64,000 bases of DNA, taken from assembly GCA_038208015.1 (NCBI GenBank), contig JBBQZF010000001.1:770-64769 (forward strand), in the 5' to 3' direction. The stretch is from Gemmatimonadales bacterium (GTDB lineage: Bacteria; Gemmatimonadota; Gemmatimonadetes; Gemmatimonadales; Gemmatimonadaceae). The translations under genes and the position numbers were made by a program. The notes under the pieces are model-generated. The model did no database searches, had not been told where the DNA came from, and worked only from the letters and a program-made list of their open reading frames with translations. This document shows, in pieces, positions 45,776-56,060 of the stretch (positions are counted from its first letter, which is position 1; every line of letters begins with the position of its first letter).

Positions 45776-47005
45776 TCAGGCTCCAACGAGGGGCGGCGAG
45801 TATTTCCTCTCGACGTACTCCTCGAGGATCTGGAGAAACTCGGGGACGATGTTGTCGCCCTTGAGGGTTACCATGAGCCGGCCATCCACGTACACGGGAG
45901 CTTTTGGCTCCTCGAAGGTTCCGGGAAGCGAGATGCCGATGTTCGCATGCTTCGACTCGCCGGGCCCGTTCACAACACATCCCATGACAGCCACCTTGAG
46001 ATCTGCCACACCGGGATAACGGTCACGCCAGACCGGCATCTGCTCCCGCAGGTATGTCTGGATGTCTTCAGCCATGTGCTGAAAGAATGTCGAGGTTGTC
46101 CTGCCGCAGCCCGGGCAGGCCGTGACCTGAGGATTGAAGCGGCGAAGCTCGAGAGACTGAAGTATCTGCTGCGCGATCTGGACTTCCTCTGTGCGATCCC
46201 CGCCGGGCCGCGGCGTGAGCGAGACGCGAATAGTATCGCCGATCCCCTCCGAGAGAAGAATGGCCAGGGCGGCGGAGCTCGAGATTATCCCCTTCGATCC
46301 CATCCCTGCTTCCGTGAGGCCGAGGTGGAGCGGGTACTCACAGCGTGCAGCAAGCCGGCGGTAAACCTCGACGAGATCGGGAACCCCTGAAACCTTCGCC
46401 GAGATCACGATGGCATCGTGGGGCACGCCCGACTCCTCGGCCAGCTCCGCGGACCTGAGCGCGCTTTCGAGCATCGCCTCGATGTAGACGTCGTGAGCGT
46501 CGAGCGGGTCCGGCCTCGCCGCATTGGTGTCCATCATCTGCGTGAGGAGATCCTGGTCGAGCGATCCCCAGTTGACGCCGATCCTTATCGCCTTCCCGTT
46601 CGCGGCGGCGATGCGTGAGATGGTGCTGAAGTTCTCGTCGCGCCGCTTAGTCCCGACATTCCCCGGGTTTATCCGGTACTTGGCGAGTGTTCTGGCCATC
46701 TCGGGATAATTGGCAAGCAGGAGATGGCCGTTGTAGTGAAAGTCGCCGATCAGGGGAACGTTGACGCCAAGACCAGCGAGGCGTCGGGCGATTTCCGGAA
46801 CCGCGGCGGCAGCCGCGTCGTTATTGACAGTGATTCTGACGAGTTGCGAACCCGCCTCCGCAAGGGCGGCAACCTGGGCGGCTGTCCCTGCTGCATCGGC
46901 GGTATCGGTGTTCGTCATCGACTGGACGACGACCGGGTGGGATGATCCCACCGGTACTCCGCCGATTGTGGCGGTGACGGATTTTCTGCGCGCGGTGAAG
47001 GTCAC
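45776..47005 (-). CDS. ispG: 4-hydroxy-3-methylbut-2-en-1-yl diphosphate synthase
   Basis: [14 protein letters not shown] and a C-terminal CPGCGRT...GCVVNGPGE Fe-S motif. GTG 47003-47005 ([10 protein letters not shown]...) is the likely start. The track ORF reaches 47104 and would overlap the divergent gene. Confidence 0.93.
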   Translation of the reverse strand: MTFTARRKSVTATIGGVPVGSSHPVVVQSMTNTDTADAAGTAAQVAALAEAGSQLVRITVNNDAAAAAVPEIARRLAGLGVNVPLIGDFHYNGHLLLANYPEMARTLAKYRINPGNVGTKRRDENFSTISRIAAANGKAIRIGVNWGSLDQDLLTQMMDTNAARPDPLDAHDVYIEAMLESALRSAELAEESGVPHDAIVISAKVSGVPDLVEVYRRLAARCEYPLHLGLTEAGMGSKGIISSSAALAILLSEGIGDTIRVSLTPRPGGDRTEEVQIAQQILQSLELRRFNPQVTACPGCGRTTSTFFQHMAEDIQTYLREQMPVWRDRYPGVADLKVAVMGCVVNGPGESKHANIGISLPGTFEEPKAPVYVDGRLMVTLKGDNIVPEFLQILEEYVERKYSPPLVGA

Positions 47006-47056
47006 TGATAGTTTTGACTGGCTGCTGATAAAGCTAACCCTGAACGGAGCCCGAGT

Positions 47057-47464
47057 ATGACTGATGCACCGGTACCTGCCGCGCTGTCGTGGAGACGCCG
47101 GCACTGGAGAAAGATCACAATTGCCGCGGTGGTACTCGTGCCCCTGCTGCTAATCGCCGGATGGACAGCGCTCACCTTGAGCTACTCGTTCTCGAATGGT
47201 GAGCGCGCAGGCTATGCGCAGAAGCTTTCGCAGCGTGGCTGGGTCTGCAAGACGTGGGAGGGAGAGCTTGCGATGGTGAACCTTCCCGGTGCAATGCCGG
47301 AGATTTTCAGGTTCAGCGTTCGCAACGATTCGGTCGCTCATCTTCTCGAGCGGAATCTCGGGAAGCGGGTGTCGCTTTCATACGAGCAGCACCGCGGCGT
47401 GCCTACGTCGTGCTTCGGGGAAACCGAGTACTACATCACAAACGTGCGAATCCTTGAACCTTGA
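47057..47464 (+). CDS. hypothetical membrane-anchored protein
   Basis: 135 aa. One N-terminal TM ([22 protein letters not shown]). No known motif. Confidence 0.5.
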   Translation: MTDAPVPAALSWRRRHWRKITIAAVVLVPLLLIAGWTALTLSYSFSNGERAGYAQKLSQRGWVCKTWEGELAMVNLPGAMPEIFRFSVRNDSVAHLLERNLGKRVSLSYEQHRGVPTSCFGETEYYITNVRILEP

Positions 47465-47475
47465 ACAATTTTCTA

Positions 47476-47504
47476 TTGACCGTGTTTCCTGAGCGTTGTA
47501 TGCT
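47476..47504 (+). promoter_or_regulatory. candidate promoter of the second csp (long leader)
   Basis: TTGACC (47476-47481), 17-nt spacer, TATGCT (47499-47504). Implies a leader of roughly 130 nt before ATG 47643. Confidence 0.35.
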
Positions 47505-47642
47505 TTCGCCAGGTAACCCGGCCTTGGGAGCCCCGTCAGGGATCCTCGAGTGCTTCATCGGCGAGGCTCATAGTGAGCCCAGCCACCAGCTGTCTCGGGG
47601 CGGAGTAGATGCCGCGATCGGGATTTTTTACCAGGAGCAGGA

Positions 47643-47852
47643 ATGCGTACGACCGGCAAGGTTAAGTGGTTCAACGATGCGAAGGGCTTTGGCTTCATCA
47701 CCCCTGACAACGGGCAGAAAGACTGCTTCGTGCATTACAGCGCGATCTCCGGCAACGGATTCAAGTCTCTCGCCGAAGGTGACACGGTGGAGTTCGACAT
47801 CGTCGAAGGACAGAAGGGTCCTGCTGCAGAGAACGTGACGAAGAGCGGCTGA
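47643..47852 (+). CDS. cold-shock protein (CspA family)
   Basis: 69 aa. [12 protein letters not shown] and CFVHYS motifs. AGGAG Shine-Dalgarno sequence. Confidence 0.93.
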   Translation: MRTTGKVKWFNDAKGFGFITPDNGQKDCFVHYSAISGNGFKSLAEGDTVEFDIVEGQKGPAAENVTKSG

Positions 47853-47878
47853 GGACGGGTTCCACAGTTATCGAAGGA

Positions 47879-47907
47879 GGGGGGCGCCGAGAGGCGCTCC
47901 CCTTTTT
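47879..47907 (+). terminator. rho-independent terminator
   Basis: GGGGGGCGCC, loop GAGA, GGCGC(T)CCCC (one bulge), followed by TTTTT (47903-47907). Confidence 0.6.
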
Positions 47908-48278
47908 CATTGGCGCCCGGGAGGTCGTCCCCGGCGCGGCACAGGCGTATACTCAACGGCCTCTGCAAGCCGTCGGGTAACTATCGACCGCACTGCATTG
48001 ACGTCGAGCGTGATCTCGCACCCTTCCCTCGCGTAAGCCGGCCCGTGCCGGCTGAGCTCCTGAGCGATGTGGAGAGCGGTCGCCGCCGGGATATGCAGGG
48101 CGCGCATCAGCCTGAGTGCGATTTCGAGGACAGTTACTGCCTCAACGGTGAGACGGCGGGCGACTCCCTGGCGTGACTGGACCACCCCCGTGATGCGGTG
48201 GTGAGACAGCGCGTTGTCGACCCATTTGGCGGTCACGCCGAGTGCAACTGCTACAGTTGCAACGGTATAGCCTCTCAC
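47907..48278 (-). CDS. hypothetical HTH protein (MerR/excisionase-like N-terminus)
   Basis: 123 aa from a GTG start. YTVATVAVALGVTAKWVDN resembles a MerR-type HTH. Weak assignment. Confidence 0.4.
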   Translation of the reverse strand: MRGYTVATVAVALGVTAKWVDNALSHHRITGVVQSRQGVARRLTVEAVTVLEIALRLMRALHIPAATALHIAQELSRHGPAYAREGCEITLDVNAVRSIVTRRLAEAVEYTPVPRRGRPPGRQ

Positions 48279-48280
48279 AA

Positions 48281-48310
48281 GTAAATATCCTTTAGTTGTA
48301 GGATATTTAC
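48281..48310. promoter_or_regulatory. perfect 11-bp inverted repeat abutting the HTH gene start
   Basis: GTAAATATCCT (48281-48291), 8-nt spacer, AGGATATTTAC (48300-48310). The AGGA of one arm is the only Shine-Dalgarno-like element for the GTG at 48278. Confidence 0.4.
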
Positions 48311-48362
48311 AGTAAGGTCAGGCCGCCGCGCAAGGGTGCAACTTTTGCCAACCCTAGCTGTA

Positions 48363-48382
48363 CTCATGAACAGCTTCATGAG
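48363..48382. promoter_or_regulatory. perfect 20-bp palindrome upstream of the beta-barrel protein gene
   Basis: CTCATGAA-CAGC-TTCATGAG. A third TTCATG copy sits at about 48409. Confidence 0.35.
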
Positions 48383-48430
48383 CAGAAGGCAGAGCTCTAA
48401 AACCACAGTTCATGCAGGGAGCAAAACTTT

Positions 48431-48964
48431 ATGAAACGTTTCTCATTGTCAGTCGCAGCGGCAGCCATCACCATTTTCGGCGCGACCGCTTCAGCCCAGT
48501 CAACAAAACCTGTCAGTCTCGGGGTTTCGCTTGGCGCAGCAATACCCCTCGGCGATTTTGCCGACGCTTACCAGACCGGCTACAACGGTACTGTTTCCCT
48601 CGGATTCAACTCCGTGGGCACGCCACTCGGCATCCGTATCGACGGGATGTACAACAGCTTCCCCGACCGGAGTGACCTGATCGTTCCCCGCGCGGACTAC
48701 CGGATCACGTCGGCCAACGCGAATCTCGTCTATGCACTTCCGGGTGTGGGCATTCGGCCTTATCTGATCGGCGGAGGCGGGATCTACGGCCAGAAGCCCG
48801 ATATCAGCGGCGCGGAAACGAATACGAACTTCGGAGTCAACGGTGGCCTCGGGGCCTCATTTCCCTTGAGCGGCTTCACGACGTTCATCGAGGCGAGGTA
48901 CCACCACGTCTTCTCGGATGCTGCAACGCAGTTCATCCCCGTGACCTTCGGAATCAGTCTCTAG
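48431..48964 (+). CDS. outer-membrane beta-barrel protein (OmpA-like barrel / porin family)
   Basis: 177 aa. Signal peptide ...GATASAQ, an alternating hydrophobic beta-strand pattern and aromatic girdles. Confidence 0.6.
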   Translation: MKRFSLSVAAAAITIFGATASAQSTKPVSLGVSLGAAIPLGDFADAYQTGYNGTVSLGFNSVGTPLGIRIDGMYNSFPDRSDLIVPRADYRITSANANLVYALPGVGIRPYLIGGGGIYGQKPDISGAETNTNFGVNGGLGASFPLSGFTTFIEARYHHVFSDAATQFIPVTFGISL

Positions 48965-48973
48965 CTGCCGGAC

Positions 48974-49016
48974 AAGAAAGCGCCGGACAATTTTGCCCGG
49001 CGCTTTCTTCGGTTTC
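48974..49016. terminator. bidirectional hairpin terminator
   Basis: AAGAAAGCGCCGG (48974-48986), 10-nt loop, CCGGCGCTTTCTT (48997-49009), a perfect 13-bp stem. T-rich 3' on the plus strand and A-rich 5' arm. Sits between convergent genes. Confidence 0.6.
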
Positions 49017-49061
49017 CCCGTTTGGGCGAAGCTGATACGCGGTCGAAAGGTTAGATAATAA

Positions 49062-50495
49062 TCATACCAGCCGGAGTGGCGTACCACCCGGTTCGGATCC
49101 CGGGTGCTCCGCATCGATTGCTGCAGATGCCGCCTCGATCTGGGCCCGCACGGCCTCGGGGCCGGTCCCACCTGGAACACCTCGCCGGCCTATTGACGCC
49201 CTTGGATCGAGTGCCTCGATCACGTCGTCACCAAACGATGCATGGGCCGCCCGAAAGCTGCCCGGCGGAAGGTCTGTCAGTTCGCACCCCTTACCTTCGG
49301 CCTCCCGGATCAGCGACCCGACCGCCTCATGAGAATCGCGGAACGTCGCACCCTTGCCAACCAGATAGTCGGCAAGGTCAGTCGCCATCATCGTACTCGA
49401 CAGCGCGCTGTTCATTCGCTTCCGGTCGAAAGTGAGCTCGCCGAGGGTTCCAGCAACCGCGGGAAGAACGAGGAGCATGAGGTCGACTGCGCCAAACAGT
49501 GCACGCTTGTCGTCCTGGAGATCCTTGTTGTAGCCGCTTGGCAGGCCTTTCAACGTTGCAAGGAGGGTGGTGAGATCCCCGAGGCAGCGTGCGCCGGATC
49601 CACGAGCGAGCTCCAGCGCATCGGGATTCCGCTTCTGGGGCATCATGCTCGATCCGGTCGTGAAAGCCTCGCCGAACTTCACGAATCCGAACTCACTCGA
49701 GCCGTAGAGAATCAAATCCTCTGAGAGCCGCGAAAGGTGAGCACTGACCAACGCGACTGCGAAAAGCAACTCGGCGACAAAATCCCGGTCGCCGACGGCA
49801 TCGATGCTGTTTGGCGAAAGAGAAATGAACCCGAGCTCATCCTGAAGAAGTGGCCTGGATATCGGGAAAGCCGAGCCTGCGATTGCACCCGATCCGAGAG
49901 GCAGTACTGCCGTCGATCGCGCCACAGCGGCAAGACGGGCACGGTCGCGCTCGAGCGGCCAGAAATGTGAAAGCATCCAGTGCGCGCCAGATACTGGCTG
50001 AGCGCGCTGAAGATGCGTGTATGAAGGCATCATTGCGTTTTCGAGCGACGTTGCCTGGTCAAGCATTGTCTGCTGCAATTCACGCACGGCGGCATCGAGT
50101 GCGGCGCACGCATCGATCGTCCAGAGGCGCGTAGCGGTGGCCACCTGATCGTTGCGGCTTCGACCCGTGTGAAGCTTCGATGCCGCTTCGCCTATCTCCT
50201 CGTGGAGCATGCGGTCGATCATTGTGTGAACGTCTTCGTCGGAAGCCTGGGGCGGGGCACCGGCCAGAAGCTTTTCAGCGACAGAGGAGAGCCCTGCGTC
50301 AATCCTGGCACTTTCGTCGGCCGTCAGAACCCCGGCCTCCCTGAGGGCAAGCGCCCACGCCTGCGAGAGCCTCACGTCATGCGGCCACAGCCGGTAGTCG
50401 ATGCCAATCGACCGATTCAGCGCGTCGAGAGCTTCTGCCGTGGGGACCGAGAACCGACCCCCCCACAGCTTGTGGGATTTCGGTATGTCGCTCAC
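49062..50495 (-). CDS. argH: argininosuccinate lyase
   Basis: 477 aa. LWGGRF N-terminus and the fumarate-lyase signature GSSMMPQKRNPD. Confidence 0.96.
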   Translation of the reverse strand: MSDIPKSHKLWGGRFSVPTAEALDALNRSIGIDYRLWPHDVRLSQAWALALREAGVLTADESARIDAGLSSVAEKLLAGAPPQASDEDVHTMIDRMLHEEIGEAASKLHTGRSRNDQVATATRLWTIDACAALDAAVRELQQTMLDQATSLENAMMPSYTHLQRAQPVSGAHWMLSHFWPLERDRARLAAVARSTAVLPLGSGAIAGSAFPISRPLLQDELGFISLSPNSIDAVGDRDFVAELLFAVALVSAHLSRLSEDLILYGSSEFGFVKFGEAFTTGSSMMPQKRNPDALELARGSGARCLGDLTTLLATLKGLPSGYNKDLQDDKRALFGAVDLMLLVLPAVAGTLGELTFDRKRMNSALSSTMMATDLADYLVGKGATFRDSHEAVGSLIREAEGKGCELTDLPPGSFRAAHASFGDDVIEALDPRASIGRRGVPGGTGPEAVRAQIEAASAAIDAEHPGSEPGGTPLRLV

Positions 50496-50501
50496 CGCGT
50501 C

Positions 50502-51773
<1,272 letters not shown>

Positions 51774-51779
51774 GGGGCT

Positions 51780-51818
51780 CCTAAATATCTATTCATTTCC
51801 ATCGTATATTTAATCATT
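51780..51818. promoter_or_regulatory. tandem ARG-box-like operators (argG / argR divergent region)
   Basis: CCTAAATATCTATTCATT (51780-51797), 3 bp, ATCGTATATTTAATCATT (51801-51818). Each resembles tnTGAATwwwwATTCAnw, mainly in the right half. The 18+3+18 spacing is canonical. Confidence 0.45.
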
Positions 51819-51888
51819 ACGAGGGGCCCGGTCAATGCTCTGGTCCCGTCCTACTCGCGCCAGGAACCCGGAGGTGGTAACGTCCCGC

Positions 51889-52347
51889 ATGGCCAACAAG
51901 AGAGAGCGACAGTCCGCGATTCTCGAGATCATCGATCAGCGCGCGGTGAGCAGCCAGGAGGACCTGCGAAAGCTGCTGCTGCACCGGGGATGGGATGTGA
52001 CCCAGGCCACACTCTCTCGCGATCTCCGGGAGCTGCGACTGGCAAGGGTTCCCACTCCTGAGGGAGCCCGCTACGCGGTCACCGATGGCAGTATCGAGGA
52101 GAGCAGGGCGGCTCTTGAAACACTGCTGCCCCAGCTCTTCCTCCGGATCGAGGGAGTGAGCGAGATGATTGTGCTTCGCACCGTTCCCGGCGGTGCCCAG
52201 CCAATCGCAGCCGCCCTCGACGGCGAGGCCTGGCCCGACATACTCGGCACAATAGGCGGCGATGACACGATCCTCATCGTCTGCCGGTCGGGCCTTGCCA
52301 GGGACCGCGTTGTCAGGCGCCTCAAGTCTCTGGCGGGGGAGCCGTAA
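51889..52347 (+). CDS. argR: arginine repressor
   Basis: From ATG 51889 (GGAGG upstream): MANKRERQSAILEIIDQRAVSSQEDL...TQATLSRDLREL winged helix and a C-terminal GTIGGDDTILIV arginine-binding motif. The track ORF starts at 51835. Confidence 0.92.
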   Translation: MANKRERQSAILEIIDQRAVSSQEDLRKLLLHRGWDVTQATLSRDLRELRLARVPTPEGARYAVTDGSIEESRAALETLLPQLFLRIEGVSEMIVLRTVPGGAQPIAAALDGEAWPDILGTIGGDDTILIVCRSGLARDRVVRRLKSLAGEP

Positions 52348-52368
52348 TAGAAGTCTTGTCGTACCGGG

Positions 52369-52407
52369 AATGCAATGTTATGCATTATGAGTGCATAAAA
52401 TTCCGGT
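52369..52407. promoter_or_regulatory. ARG-box-like palindrome plus half-box at the argC start
   Basis: AATGCAATGTTATGCATT (52369-52386, perfect 6-bp arms), 3 bp, AGTGCATAAAATTCCGGT (52390-52407, left half good). Overlaps the argC GTG at 52391. Confidence 0.45.
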
Positions 52408-53362
52408 TGGGGTTCTCGGGGCCAGTGGCTACGCGGGGCGCGAGCTCTGCATGCTCGTCATGCAGCATCCAGGGATGGAGCTGGCTTTCGCCACAGCCCA
52501 CGGGCAAGCCGGCCAGTCGGTTCGCATCGGCGGCAATGACCTGACATTTATCGCGACGGAAGAAGCCCGCCTCGAAGACGCGGCACTCGTCTTCAGCGCA
52601 TTGCCCCATGGCGCTTCACTCGAGTGGGTGGAGAGAGTGCGAGGGGTGGGAGCGAAGGCCGTAGACCTTTCGTCAGACCTGAGACCCGGCCACCACAAGC
52701 TCGCAGCCGGCGAAACCGTGCCTTACGGACTCACCGAACTCATGCGGGCGCAGATTGCGGGCGCAGACACAGTCGCGAACCCGGGCTGTTATCCGACAGC
52801 CATCCTTCTCGCCCTGGCGCCATTGGCGAAAGAAGGCCTTATCGAGAAGGGATCATCGATCGCCGTCTCGGCGGCAAGTGGAGTGACCGGCGCCGGCTAT
52901 ACCGCCAGACCGGATCTGCTTTTCGCCGAGATAAGCGAGGACTTCCGGGCGTACGCGGTGGGGAACGGTCACCGGCACCTGACAGAGATGCGGACGGTCC
53001 TTGAGCAGTGCGGCGCGTCGAACGACCTGATCTTCACACCACACCTGCTGCCCGTTGCGCGCGGAATCCTTGCAACAATAGTCGTGCGGCTCGAGCGCGG
53101 GATAGACGATCCGCTCGGGATCTTCCGCACCGCATACAAGGACGAGCCATTCATCGAGATCAGCGAGACGACTCCCGCCATCCGGGACGTGACCCGTCGC
53201 AACACTGTCAGGGTCTCAGCCACAAAGGCCGAACACACCATCGTCCCGACGCTCATTATCACTTCGGCGATCGACAACCTGACAAAGGGTGCCGCCGGCC
53301 AGGCGGTCCAGAACGCCAACCTCATGCTCGGCATCGAAGAGACGGCAGGCCTGCCCTCGTGA
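52391..53362 (+). CDS. argC: N-acetyl-gamma-glutamyl-phosphate reductase
   Basis: 323 aa. GASGYAGREL NAD motif and active-site ANPGCYPT. Confidence 0.95.
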   Translation: MHKIPVGVLGASGYAGRELCMLVMQHPGMELAFATAHGQAGQSVRIGGNDLTFIATEEARLEDAALVFSALPHGASLEWVERVRGVGAKAVDLSSDLRPGHHKLAAGETVPYGLTELMRAQIAGADTVANPGCYPTAILLALAPLAKEGLIEKGSSIAVSAASGVTGAGYTARPDLLFAEISEDFRAYAVGNGHRHLTEMRTVLEQCGASNDLIFTPHLLPVARGILATIVVRLERGIDDPLGIFRTAYKDEPFIEISETTPAIRDVTRRNTVRVSATKAEHTIVPTLIITSAIDNLTKGAAGQAVQNANLMLGIEETAGLPS

Positions 53363-54108
53363 CGATTGTCGTCAAGCTTGGCGGGCGTGTGCAGTCAGAC
53401 CCCCGCCTGGCCACCGCGTTGCACGATCTGTGGAATGCAAATCAGGGCGCGGTCTGCATAGTTCACGGTGGCGGAGACGAAGTTTCGGCGTTGCAGCGAC
53501 AGCTTGGACGTGAGCCCGAGTTCGTGAATGGCAGGCGCGTGACTACCGATGAGGATGTCGAGCTCGTCCGGATGGTGCTCTCCGGCAGCGCCAACAAGCG
53601 CCTGGTAGCGATGCTCACCGCAGCGGGAATCCCGGCCGCCGGCATCTCCGGTGAGGATGGCAAACTGCTCCCTGCAACCCCTCTTGATTCGCGGCTGGGA
53701 AGGGCGGGGAAGCCGCTTGCCCCCGATGCCCGGCTCATTCGAGCACTGCTCGCCGCCGGATTTCTGCCGGTGATATCTCCTTTAGCGACCGACAGCACGT
53801 CGACATCCCGTGCTCCGTTAAACGTCAACGGTGACGATGCTGCTGCCGCAATCGCCGCGGCGCTGAATGCCGAGCTGTGGATGATCGCCGATGTAGCGGG
53901 CGTTCTCGACGCGGGCAGCGCGGTGATCAAAGGAATAAATGCAGCGAAGCTCCCTTCACTGGTGGCAGCAGGCACAGTCAACAAGGGAATGCATGCAAAG
54001 CTCGAGGCTGGATTCGCGGCGCTCGAGGCGGGCTCTCCAGGTGTACGGATAGCCTCGCTCGACGCTTTCTCGAACCCTGATGCCGGAACCTTTCTTTCAC
54101 TTACATGA
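53359..54108 (+). CDS. argB: acetylglutamate kinase
   Basis: GTG 53359 (GTGA overlap with the argC stop) gives VTIVVKLGGRV...IVHGGGDEVS...EFVNGRRVTDE. The track ORF starting at 53008 is over-extended. Confidence 0.9.
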   Translation: MTIVVKLGGRVQSDPRLATALHDLWNANQGAVCIVHGGGDEVSALQRQLGREPEFVNGRRVTTDEDVELVRMVLSGSANKRLVAMLTAAGIPAAGISGEDGKLLPATPLDSRLGRAGKPLAPDARLIRALLAAGFLPVISPLATDSTSTSRAPLNVNGDDAAAAIAAALNAELWMIADVAGVLDAGSAVIKGINAAKLPSLVAAGTVNKGMHAKLEAGFAALEAGSPGVRIASLDAFSNPDAGTFLSLT

Positions 54109-54115
54109 GCACGAT

Positions 54116-55309
54116 ATGACAGGCACGCTCACAGAGAAAGCTGTCACGACGCCCACAGGGATTCTCGCCACGTACAAACGGGCACCGATGCGGTTCGTCA
54201 GCGGATCCGGTGTCGAGCTGTTCGACGACGAAGGAAAGGCCTATATCGATTTCGCTTCTGGAATCGCGGTGAACGCGCTCGGTTACCGCGACGCCGGAAT
54301 CCGCGACGTCATAATCGAAGTGCTCGAATCGGGACTCATTCACGTCTCGAATCTCTATCGCACGGATGCAGGGGAGCGTCTGGCGAGCTTCCTCGTCGAG
54401 AAGACGTTCGCATCGAGCGTCTTCTTCTGTAACTCGGGCGCCGAGGCGAATGAGGGAGCGTTCAAGTTCGCCCGCCGCTGGGGACGCGCGACGGGGACCG
54501 ACGCCAAAACAGGGATCGTTGCTCTCCGCGGGAGTTTTCACGGGAGATTGTTTGCATCTCTTGCCGCAACTGACAGGCCCTCATACCGGGCTCCATTCAG
54601 GCCGCTCGCCGGAGGCGTGAGCATTTGCGAGCGTGACATCGAGGAGCTCGATGCCGCGCTCGATGGCGAGACAACGGCTGCAATCATCGTTGAACCTGTC
54701 CAGGGAGAGGGAGGAGTCCGCGTCGTGGAGCTCGAGCTTCTGCGCGAGATCCGGAAGCTCACGAGCGAGCGCGGGATCGCCCTCATCTTCGACGAGATAC
54801 AGTGCGGGCTTGGAAGACTCGGAACGTTCATGGCGTACGAGACCACCGGCGTCATCCCGGACATGGTGACGCTGGCCAAGCCGCTTGCGGGAGGCTTGCC
54901 CATGGGTGCAGTGCTGACGACCTCGGAAATCGCTGAGACGATCAGGCCGGGCGATCATGGCACCACGTTCGGTGGGGGTCCGCTCGTCGCGGCAGTCGCA
55001 GAACATGTAGTGCGCCGGCTCGCCGATCCTGCTCTGCTCTCCTCCGTGCGTGAAAACGGTGAGTGGCTCGGCCAGCAGCTCTCGGCGATTGCGCGCAGGA
55101 GTGGAAAGGTAAGAGCGGTCAGAGGGGCAGGATACATGTGGGGGGTGGATGTTGTGGAACCTGCAGCCGCGGTCGTTGAGCGTGGATGGGGCGCGGGGCT
55201 TCTGGTGATCACGGCCGGCGAGCACACGCTCCGGCTGCTTCCCCCGCTGACGGCAAGCCGGCCGGAGCTCGAGCGCGGACTGGACAAGCTGAGCGAGATC
55301 GTCGCCTGA
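54116..55309 (+). CDS. argD: acetylornithine aminotransferase
   Basis: Class III aminotransferase. FFCNSGAEANE, DEIQCGLGRLG and the PLP-lysine context TLAKPLAGGLP. ATG 54116 is the likely start (track start 54080). Confidence 0.92.
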   Translation: MTGTLTEKAVTTPTGILATYKRAPMRFVSGSGVELFDDEGKAYIDFASGIAVNALGYRDAGIRDVIIEVLESGLIHVSNLYRTDAGERLASFLVEKTFASSVFFCNSGAEANEGAFKFARRWGRATGTDAKTGIVALRGSFHGRLFASLAATDRPSYRAPFRPLAGGVSICERDIEELDAALDGETTAAIIVEPVQGEGGVRVVELELLREIRKLTSERGIALIFDEIQCGLGRLGTFMAYETTGVIPDMVTLAKPLAGGLPMGAVLTTSEIAETIRPGDHGTTFGGGPLVAAVAEHVVRRLADPALLSSVRENGEWLGQQLSAIARRSGKVRAVRGAGYMWGVDVVEPAAAVVERGWGAGLLVITAGEHTLRLLPPLTASRPELERGLDKLSEIVA

Positions 55310-55360
55310 TTCTCGATACGGGTTGCGTTGTCCGACGCGGCCCTCCCTCTTTCAGGTCAC

Positions 55361-55984
55361 ATGAAGAAGCGTCGTACGGGTGAGTCGAGGCCACAGCTCA
55401 AAGCGCTCTGGCAGGCGATGGACGAGGCAGTTTTCGGCCAGGAGCGAACGCTGAACCTGCGTGAGTCGCTGCCATCCGCCGCTGAGGCTCGCTCGCGCGC
55501 GGAGGTGTGGCTGCGGTGTCGCCAGGTGACACGCACCGAAGAAGTCCTGATAATCACCGGACGAGGCAACCAGAGTGCGGGCGGCGTCGGCGTGATAAGG
55601 GAGGAGATAATCGGCATGATGCCGGCCTTGCGACGCAAGGGGATTGTCGAAAGCTGGCGCGAGCATTCACCAGGATCGCTCGTCGTAAAGCTTGCCCCGC
55701 TCAGCAGTCTTCTCGGGGCGGGCAAGCGAAGAAGGGACGCGAGTGATGTCAGACCTCCTGCTGATGCTGGAGCGCTTGCGGGACTGGAAGCGGAAACGCG
55801 GGAGCTGCTGAAACAACTCGCGCTTCGGAATCTCGACGCGCTTGGAATCGACGCGAGTGATCAGTTCATGAAACAGGAAATGGCGAAATCGTTTTCGACC
55901 CTGCTTGCATCGATACCGGAAGGTGCAGGACGCGAAGAAATGTTGAGGGCGGCAATCCTCAGCGCGATCGAAGAGGATCCCTGA
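55361..55984 (+). CDS. Smr-domain protein
   Basis: LNLRESLPSAAEARSRAEVWL...VLIITGRGNQS...IREEI resembles the Smr (MutS2 C-terminal) domain. ATG 55361 is preferred over TTG 55328. Confidence 0.6.
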   Translation: MKKRRTGESRPQLKALWQAMDEAVFGQERTLNLRESLPSAAEARSRAEVWLRCRQVTRTEEVLIITGRGNQSAGGVGVIREEIIGMMPALRRKGIVESWREHSPGSLVVKLAPLSSLLGAGKRRRDASDVRPPADAGALAGLEAETRELLKQLALRNLDALGIDASDQFMKQEMAKSFSTLLASIPEGAGREEMLRAAILSAIEEDP

Positions 55985-56060
55985 TCAATGCAGGCAAGCC
56001 AGTAAAATCTTCGGCCCGGACATTGCGAATGATGACGACGACTTTATCGCAGCGAGTCGT

